DNA of 64,000 nt from the human T2T-CHM13v2.0 reference genome, Homo sapiens, in NCBI RefSeq assembly GCF_009914755.1, contig NC_060928.1, one strand, 5' to 3'. Positions 55,590-64,000 of the stretch are shown piece after piece (position 1 is the stretch's first letter; every line of letters starts with the position of its first letter). A program made the position numbers and the translations under genes. A model generated the notes under the pieces. It made no database searches, had not been told where the DNA came from, and worked only from the letters and a program-made list of their open reading frames with translations.

Positions 55590-55618
55590 TTTATTGGAAA
55601 ACTTATTTTTTTAATTCA

Positions 55619-55624
55619 TTTATT
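55619..55624 (-). terminator. Candidate distal poly(A) signal (AATAAA) of GATB
   Basis: tttatt on the + strand; further copies at 55590-55595, 55577-55582 and 55773-55778. Confidence 0.45.
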
Positions 55625-55972
55625 CTCAGACTGTGCCTTCTGGGATGGGGAGGGAGTTTAACAGGCAATATCACTTCTACTCAGTCGATAGGTTGATTAA
55701 TTCTAATAATATCCTCCTTCCCCACCCTCTTGAGACCTCCTTAAACAAACAAATGTGTTTATACTGTGCCAGTTTATTTGGTTGTATTTTCATCTTTGTT
55801 AACCTGTGTTTAGGTCTGAAAACAATACATCCAAATTACAGTCTCTCTTGACCACTGCTAATGCCCATCACCTACAATGGCTGGCCCTTAGGAGTTGCTC
55901 AAAAATATTTGTTGAAGGAACTGCAGAATGAAAAGTTTTCTTAGAATGGGTAACAGTATCTCCAACATACAT

Positions 55973-55978
55973 TTTATT
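55973..55978 (-). terminator. Candidate proximal poly(A) signal (AATAAA) of GATB
   Basis: First canonical hexamer after the GATB stop, ~300 nt downstream. Confidence 0.6.
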
Positions 55979-56275
55979 TAGTTTAAAATTCCTTAATACA
56001 AGAAGGTGTTACTCCTTAACCACTGCTGCAGCCTCACCGGACCCTCCTGATGTGGATGAAGCAGGCGGGGTGGCTGCTGGTCGGCTGTGGAGGCACCTCC
56101 AGGCACAGGGCCTAGAGGGTGAGAACACTGGTGACATTAATGCCATAGCTGTGGCTTGGGACAGGGATTGAGAGGCAGCTCTCAGGGCACATGGGCATCA
56201 GCTTTCACAGGATCCTGTTCCCAGTCAGGCTGCACTGTTTGTTGTTGTCCCTTGGGCAAGGGGATCCCAAACATC

Positions 56276-56404
<129 letters not shown>

Positions 56405-57758
56405 CTAGAAGGACAGAAATTACTTACTTAAGAGGAGAAAATGAAGGGATTCATGCCCCCAAATCCCAAACTAAGGCTTAAGTTTACTGAAAATTAAATT
56501 CCGCTTATTTCCACTAGTATTAGACATAAAATGTAGAACAGAAAAAGGGGAGGGGCCTCACTTCTGAGTAGGTTTCTAGGCTCCTGTCAAAGGAGATTTT
56601 TGCTACTCTGCTTTCTGATTAAAATGAGCAAGAAGTGATTGCCGAAAGCCAGAGAAGCTGGCACGTGGGAGCCAGGGCCCTCCCCTCTGCGACGCCACAA
56701 TGACCGAGGACACTGAGTCTGGGGAGGGATAATCTCTCTGAGATGATGAATCACTGCGTCTAATCAGTGAGGACACCTCTCTGATTCTCAGTGATGTTCA
56801 GCTGAAATGTGTGGCTTTCCTTCTCCCCCTGCTCCCCACCAAGAAGATTCCTTTATCAGAAAGCAGATCTACACACTGGCCGAGTCTTCCAGAGCGCTGG
56901 GTCGGGGGGAGTGTGCTGTGTGGGCAGGGGGAGTGAGGAAGCCAGGAGGTGCTGAATTCCTATCAGATAGCCACTGACTCTTAGGGCCACCACGTGACCT
57001 CCTGCTCTGCAGCGTCTCCAAGGGCAATGACATGAGGATCTGCACTCAAGTGCCACAGAACAAGCCTGAAACTACTGGCACGTCTTTATCAGTCACCACA
57101 GATGAGGCAGGAAGACGAGGCTGTGGAGGCCCAGTGCAGGCTCATTTTCCTTATCGAGAGCTCTTTACAGAGCTGTGAGTGTCCCCGGCAAGCTGATGGG
57201 TGGGTGGGTATTATTCTGAAAAAGATGCCGACAATTTTTTTCCCCACTGAAAAAATATCTCTAGACAATATGATTAGACTTGGGGAGGGAGGGATGCCAC
57301 TCGTTTTAGCTTTTATGTCTTGTGCTGTGCTAAGAACACAAAATGACCTGGTTTTCAGTCATGCTCCTGTCAGGGATTTTCTCCACAATTTATGAATACT
57401 TTTCCCTTCTGCCTTTCTTCCCACCTCTTAGAAGCATGAAGCTGAAGTTCCTGTACTCTCCCTGCTCTGCCGGCACACCTGCTGGTTCTTTACTGGGAGG
57501 TCCTTAGGAAGTAGCGCTAACCACAACAGATTCGAAATGCCAACCCTGGGAGAGGGCGACACACCTGGGAGGTCACAGCTTGGATTTCGTGAGCTTGCTG
57601 ACACCCTTTTAAACTACACCTCCATGGAGAGTAAACTCCAGGGGTGGCATCCTTCTTATAGGAAAAGAAGTTGTGTTTTTCCAATATCCACCTATTTCAT
57701 CTCTTCTGACCTTAACTAAAAAGATGACAGTGAGGGAATTATTGATGAAACTGGGTCA

Positions 57759-57998
<240 letters not shown>

Positions 57999-59529
57999 CT
58001 ATGGACCAGAGAAGGGAGAGGAAAGAGAAATGAGAAGTCAGCTCTTCTGCCAGCTCCATTTGCAGTGCTGTGCTGTGTGGAGCTGGGGTGGGAATGAGCA
58101 GATTCAATTAAGTCCCCACTGCCTGGGCCTGGCCCAAAGGGAAAGGGCACCTGGCTGCCCTGCCAGAGCGTTGGCTCTCCTGAGGCATCCCTGAGTGCAG
58201 GGCTGGGGAACAAGGCCAGCTAGGTGGAGTGAATGCACCTGGGGTCTCCTCCTGAGGCTGAAGTCTCCCTCAGCATAAGGTGTGAGAGGACTCGGGCCAG
58301 CCAGATGCCCTCGTGCCCAGAGGGATGGTGAGTCCTGCCCGGCTGACTCCACATGGCGGGGGGGGGCCGCGGGAGGCGTGGAGGTGCCCATCACTCATGG
58401 GCGCCTGCTGACGGGAGTCGGCGGGCCACTGATGGATCTGTCTCATGGCCGCCGAATTAATTGAGGTGACATTTTGGTGAAGGATGGGGCCACACAGCCT
58501 GCAGGAGGTAACCACGGTACTAAATAAAGTCCAGAAACAGCATGCTGGGAAAGATGACTTTAGGGAGGCAGGAAAGTAGCCCCGTAATGAAGATACAAAA
58601 TGGCAAACAACTGAAAACATAAATTAGAATCCACAGGGGCCCCCTGGCCTACCACATTCATCTCCTACAGGTAGAGCCGGACCCAAATCAGACTAGGATA
58701 ATGAACGCTAATGTTTGGGGCATTTTTTTTTTACTTAAAAAATGACAACAACAAATCCCCAAATTCATCAAACCTGAGAAAAAGGAAACCATTTTCAAGG
58801 AAGGCTATTTCCTAGGGTAGCTGTTTTCCTCATTTCTCTTGTCTTCTAGCGAAAGCCAGAATTGGGAGCCGGGAGGAGGGCTTCCTCTGTTGGTCTCCCA
58901 CCGGTGCCACCTCCGTCCAGTCCACAGTCATGACTGAACACCCAACTTTCCCTGTTACCTTGGTGGCCGAGAACGGGCCAACCAGGAGCCATTCCTCCTG
59001 GAAAAACAGAGCTCTTCCATAATTAGCACGAACAGCAAAGCAAATAAAAGGGAGATGCTCTGAGTCTCAGCAGGGCTCAAAGTCTTCCCCAGTCTGATTC
59101 AAAAACAAACCACAAATACTTATCACTGCTGGGACAGGCACTGCGCCTTCAGCCTGGTGCCTCAGAACGTGCGCTGTGACTGTGGCCAAGGAGGTGTGCT
59201 TGGCAGGTCCTGGGTAAGCTCCCTACAGGGCACCCCTCTGCCGCTGCCCGACTGCTCAGGAAAAGCCTGGCCCTACTCTTAGAAAAATACAGAATGCACG
59301 TGCCTCCAACTCAATTCAGCAGATATGTACGTGGCCTGACAATGAGGAAACCATTGGGAGAAAGGGGGCACAGAAGCGGGAAGAAACTTCCTCACTCTCA
59401 ACATGCTTATCAGTGGAGTGCTGCCAGCAGAAGCACTGGGGACCTGGATGGCGTTCCATGGAGCTGCCCTGTAAGTCGGAGGAGTCCATCTGCCCCCTTT
59501 CTCTGACACGTTTATTTTTTGAACTAGGA

Positions 59530-59870
59530 CTTAAATTTTAAAAATCATTTTCTAATAATAAAAGTTAATACACATTCACTGCAGAAAATATAAGGAAATA
59601 CAGGAGAGATCAAAAGAGATCACCGGAATTCCCATTTTCTCAAGAAAACCAATGTTAATATTTTGGTGTTTTTTCTTCCCATCTTTTTCTTTCTGTTTTG
59701 TAACATACTTGGGATCATAACGTATATTCAGTTTGTGTCCTGCTTTCTTTCATTTAGCACAGAAGTACTTTCTTAATAAAAAGATCTAGCTAGTATCCAT
59801 CAGATGTATTTATCATAATTTATCCCCTCCTCGTAGATATCTAGACTTTGACCAGTGTTGATTTTGTTCA
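59530..59870 (-). mobile_element. Old L1ME-type 3' fragment
   Basis: aaagttaatacacattcactgcagaaaat...aaccaatgttaatattttggtgt...tgggatcataacgtatattcagtttgtgtcctgctttc. Confidence 0.6.
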
Positions 59871-62384
59871 TCTGCACAGACTCCCAAAAAAGCTCCTAGC
59901 TGAAAACCTGGCTCAAAACAGAAACCACCTGTAAGGACTTGCTCGTGAAAAATCTACGCAGCAGTTCCCTCCAGGAAAACCAGGCGGACGAGCAGCCTGT
60001 GCCTGGAAGTAGGCGGGGCCCCTCCTGGGTCTGCGTCTGCAGACACAGACCAGGGAGCGATTTCTCAGCGCCTGTGGTAGCTGCTGCGGTGGGAAGCACA
60101 CGGCAGACCCTGAGCAGGCTGGCCAGTGAGCCAGCCTCTTTCTGACGGGACCCACAGCTCGAATGTTGGCTGGATTTGCCTGGGCCAAAATAAGCGGAAG
60201 AGTGGCAGAGTGCTTGGGGATCACTTCCAATCACACCATTCAGAAGGAGAAGCAGTGCACCTCTAGGACAGATGCCTTCAAACGAAGAGGCTGGCTGCTC
60301 CCCGAGAAGGAGGGCCAGGCGGGGTGGTACCAAGCAGTGCCGCTAGAGAAACATCATTCAGCAGCCTCCTGGAACACATGGGAGCCCGGTGGCTGAAATG
60401 TCCTTTCCTCCCAGAGTTAGAATACATAATGTTAGTTAACTCCACAAATTAGTGCAGTGGCCATGACAGTCGAGGCCCCCAGTCCCCAGTCCCCTAGGCT
60501 TATACAACAGACGCCGGTTGTCCCATCCTTTGCTCAATCCTATTTAAGACGAGGATTGTGCACTCCTGGCTGGAGTCCAGGAGGGTGGGAGCCACTGGGT
60601 GGTAGTGGAGCGGCCCTGTCTCCAGGCCAGACTCTCCTGCTCCTGGCCCTCTTGACGCTCACAGAGTGGCCTCTGTGGCTGCCGAGCCCTGTGCTGCAGC
60701 ATAAATCCTCAGCTTTTGTCTGTGTTTAATCCCACCCTGAGAAGTGATATCCAAGTGCAACTGTTTCCAGCCAGGAGCGCAGCTCCCAGGCCCTGCTGCT
60801 GCCTACCCAAGACAAACAGATGTAACAAGGAATTTCTAGCACAGTGCTGGTCCTCTGTGTTAATAAATGGCCGACCAGGAGTACTGGGTAATGCAAGCTG
60901 GGAACTCCCCATCACACACAGACACTGGAGCCGGCTCTGACACATGGGGCAGAGACTCGGCCTTTGGTTCCCTGAGGACTGAATTTACACACCCTCTTAG
61001 TTGCCACCCAACTGTTTCTAGCTAAAGCTATTTTTGAAGTATCCTGAAGGAAAGCACACAAGACTCTAGCCTCTCCCTGCCTGTCCTGGGTTTCCAAGGT
61101 CAGGATATGGTGGAAAGACCTGTTCAAGGGACATGGCATGGAGGGAGCTGTCACAGTTACAGAGAAGGGAGCCCCCTTTTTGGTCAAAGGCAAGTATTGT
61201 GAAAGGTTACTTTTCTAGAAAGGCACAAACATCAACCCAAGCCCCTAATAAAGCGGGGCCCAGTAAACTGTGCAGATAACTGAAGCACTAAAGAGAGAAA
61301 AAGACATCTAGTCATTTGTAATACAGCTTTGGTGCATGATATATAACATTTTGTACATTAAAAGGTTTTTGGCGATTTCTCTTTAAAGCAGACCACAAAG
61401 TAGACAAGAGATTGGTTATTATGGAACACTTGTGTGTTAAACGCGATTTCCATCTCTGCGGCACCCAATTCCAGAAACGTTAACTGGACAATCCTCAGGG
61501 GATGGTGGATCATCTGCATCTGTTTCCAGACGTGCATGAAGGATCTCCTTCGTACACCTACACAACCCATGCGATTTCCCTTGAACCATGACTAACCAGC
61601 TGTCTGGACGACATCCAGGGCGAGTCACAAGAGGCTTGGGAATCCTGGGAGGCTGTTTTCAGGTTAGCTGTAACTCTGACAGTTTGGGAGTCTGATGTGT
61701 CCAAGCTGACCCTGTCTTTAGTGAGGGGAGGAGACGGGGTGCCACCTGCCACTTCAATACACAGCCTGGGTCTTGTGAGGGGCACACGGGGTGCTTTTGT
61801 CTACAGTTCCCAGGAGATAACTGCTCATGATGATATATAATTTCCCAGCTTCTATTTCTGATTCTGAAGAACAAGGCTGCTTTGTGGCAGCAACCTCTTA
61901 ACTCCCCTGGCTCTGGGGTGCTGAAGGGATGAGGTTTGTAAATGTCGGGAGCACTGGCAGGACACCTGGGAGGAGGGTGCAGTGAAAGGCAGAAGGAATG
62001 AAGATAATGCACAAGGAAGTGGGTGAGAGACAGGCAGAGAAAGGCAGATTCATAACCAATTAGAGCACAAAGTGGGAGGTTCTTTGGAATTCGGAATTCT
62101 GCTCTCAGGACATGATTCTTCTTTCTGTGTGTCTGTCATCCCTAGGAGTCAGTCACTCAGTCACCTTTCTTCCTTATCCCCTGGTCATCTATCTAATCAC
62201 TTATTGGAGCCTCTTCCAGTTCTGCCAGAGGCAACACCAATAACCAGTAGGATCAGAGAGTCTCTGTTCTGGCTCACAGCTTTCTAAAACCCAAGCCATG
62301 CTTGGACTCTTCTATTAAATTTGGAAAAAAATATCTGTAACACATTTTTCTTTTTTAAAAAAGTACACTATAAAAATAAGATAC

Positions 62385-62860
62385 AAAAATATTCTCAACA
62401 GATTATGGAAATGCAAATCAAATCCTCCCTGATACGACTTCACACCCACTAGGACGGCTATAGAATCAAAAAGATGGACAATAACAAGTGCTGGTGAGGA
62501 CATGGAGCAACTGGAACCCTTGCACACTAACAGGTGAGACTGTAAGATGGTGCGGCCATTTTAGAATACAGTCTGGCACTTCCTCATTATATGAATGAAA
62601 CACAGCATTACCATATGACCCAGAAATTCCATTCCTATAGGTATACATCCAGCCTGTGTGCAAAAACTTGTACATGAATGTTTAAGGCTGCATTATTCCT
62701 AATAGCCAAAATGTGGAAACAACTCAAATGTCCATCAACTGATGAATGGACAGACAAAATGGAATGTGTCCGTACAATGGTGAAGGGGCTTGGCAGACGA
62801 GCAGCCCCATTTAGCCCTAAAAAGGCGTGAAGGACTGATGCGTGCCGCAACACAGATGTA
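62385..62860 (+). mobile_element. L1MB/ME-type ORF2 end and 3' UTR fragment
   Basis: ggaaatgcaaatcaaa...cttcacacccactaggacggcta...aataacaagtgctggtgaggacatggagcaactggaaccc...aaatgtccatcaactgatgaatgga. Confidence 0.85.
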
Positions 62861-63539
62861 CTTTTCATAAAATGTCCAGATAAAATAAAAATAAATAAAT
62901 AATACAAAGTCAATAAATACATAAAATATCCAGATAAAATGCTTGACACTATATAATTAATAATAAGAAATAAACTAAAAAAAAGTACACCATAACTTCA
63001 GTTTTTGAAAGTCTTTATTGCTATCTTTCCTTCCTCCCTCCTCCTCCTTCTTCCTTCATGATGTTCATCTGATATTAAAGGTAGTTATTTCAAGGTGGTA
63101 GAACCTGAGAATCTTTGTTTTTCTACATTACTTATATTTTTTTATGATCAACATATATTACTTTCCCCCAGAAAATCAGTAATTTCCTAAAAACAGAAAA
63201 AAAAGGTAGAAAAACAAAAAAAACCCCAAGGCAATGATACATCACGGGGACCCCCTTAAGCAACACACACTAGACACCCTTCTAGCCAGGCTTGTATTTT
63301 CGCTTGACTGCCTCACAGAAGTCCCCTCCTTTAAACATGCTGGAAGCTGATAAAATCTGAAAGCGTCCCTACATCTGAACCCAGCTGTCAGCTTCCAACA
63401 TTTTCCATTTCTTCTTACTGGAACTATCTTATTCACCGCACTAGGTATTTTGTTCTGTTGTGTTGTGGGGCAGGATGAGTAGGAAAAGGGGAAGGTTTTT
63501 CCCTTCTTTCATTTCACGTGCAATAATTCAATGTGTTCT

Positions 63540-63573
63540 TCTCTCTCTCTCTCTCTCTCTACATATATATATA
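63540..63573. repeat. (CT)n(AT)n microsatellite
   Basis: Directly visible. Confidence 0.9.
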
Positions 63574-64000
63574 GTGCTTTTTCTGCCCTCAGGCCATCTA
63601 AACTTCCTGCAACTGCTCAGCATTGTCATAAACATTTGTATTCCCCTGACATCCAGACAAGCAAGAGCCTTTCCTAAACGCGGTGAGGTCCCTGTAGTTG
63701 ACAGCCTCACTCGAGGTGGGTAAACAGAGCTTTTATTAGTCCCGTCTCCAGTTCCACAGCACCCAGCCCGGTGCGTGCACTATGGTGCCTCATAATTATC
63801 CCAAAGCAGCCACTTTCCCCAAGCCTCCCTTTGTAACCTGCCACTACTGTCGGTGCAGATAAACGTTACATGCAAAAGGCACCATTAAAATAACATTAAA
63901 CTTCTGGCTGAAGCATTGACAGCTGCGATCACTGAAGCTGAGATGAGGCAGCCACCTTGGTGTTCTTGATCTTTCTGGTTATGTGTTTTTTTTGTTTTTG

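Larger units (their letters stand above)
47857..55605 (+). other. FHIP1A: FHIP1A 3' UTR, long form (3' end inferred)
   Basis: Follows the stop codon; few recognisable interspersed repeats; ends in a U-rich block with ATTAAA at 55584-55589. The extent is inferred from poly(A) signals. Confidence 0.6.

Noticed and set aside
59896-60396. Overlapping ORFs up to 145 aa in a GC-rich part of the GATB intron
   Set aside because: No GatB-like or other recognisable peptide; long open frames are expected at this GC content.

Overview
This is primate, most likely human, genomic DNA. It is not prokaryotic, so most ORFs in the track are noise from Alu, L1 and intronic sequence. The + strand carries the last seven coding exons of FHIP1A (FAM160A1, a FTS-Hook-interacting protein): 14804-14971, 23779-23858, 31660-31850, 34561-35694, 41334-41512, 41862-42000 and 47603-47856. 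All have GT-AG boundaries with matching phases and join into 714 aa plus stop. A long 3' UTR follows, probably to about 55600. The - strand carries the last two coding exons of GATB (PET112, mitochondrial Glu-tRNA(Gln) amidotransferase B): 57864-57998 and 56276-56404. The two genes converge tail-to-tail. The introns hold Alus, a 7 kb L1-inside-L1 composite, MIR, L2, MER and MLT fossils, and microsatellites. I found no wholly new biological system. The best leads are: a SKIP-like kinesin-light-chain W-acidic motif (ELEWDDSY) in this dynein-adaptor subunit; an unexplained ~150 bp, ~95% identical duplication in the FHIP1A 3' UTR; interdigitated opposite-strand poly(A) signals; an in-frame alternative donor at the large FHIP1A exon; and a 39-nt in-frame cryptic exon in a GATB intron. 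Gene and repeat names are from recognition, not database searches, and repeat boundaries are approximate.
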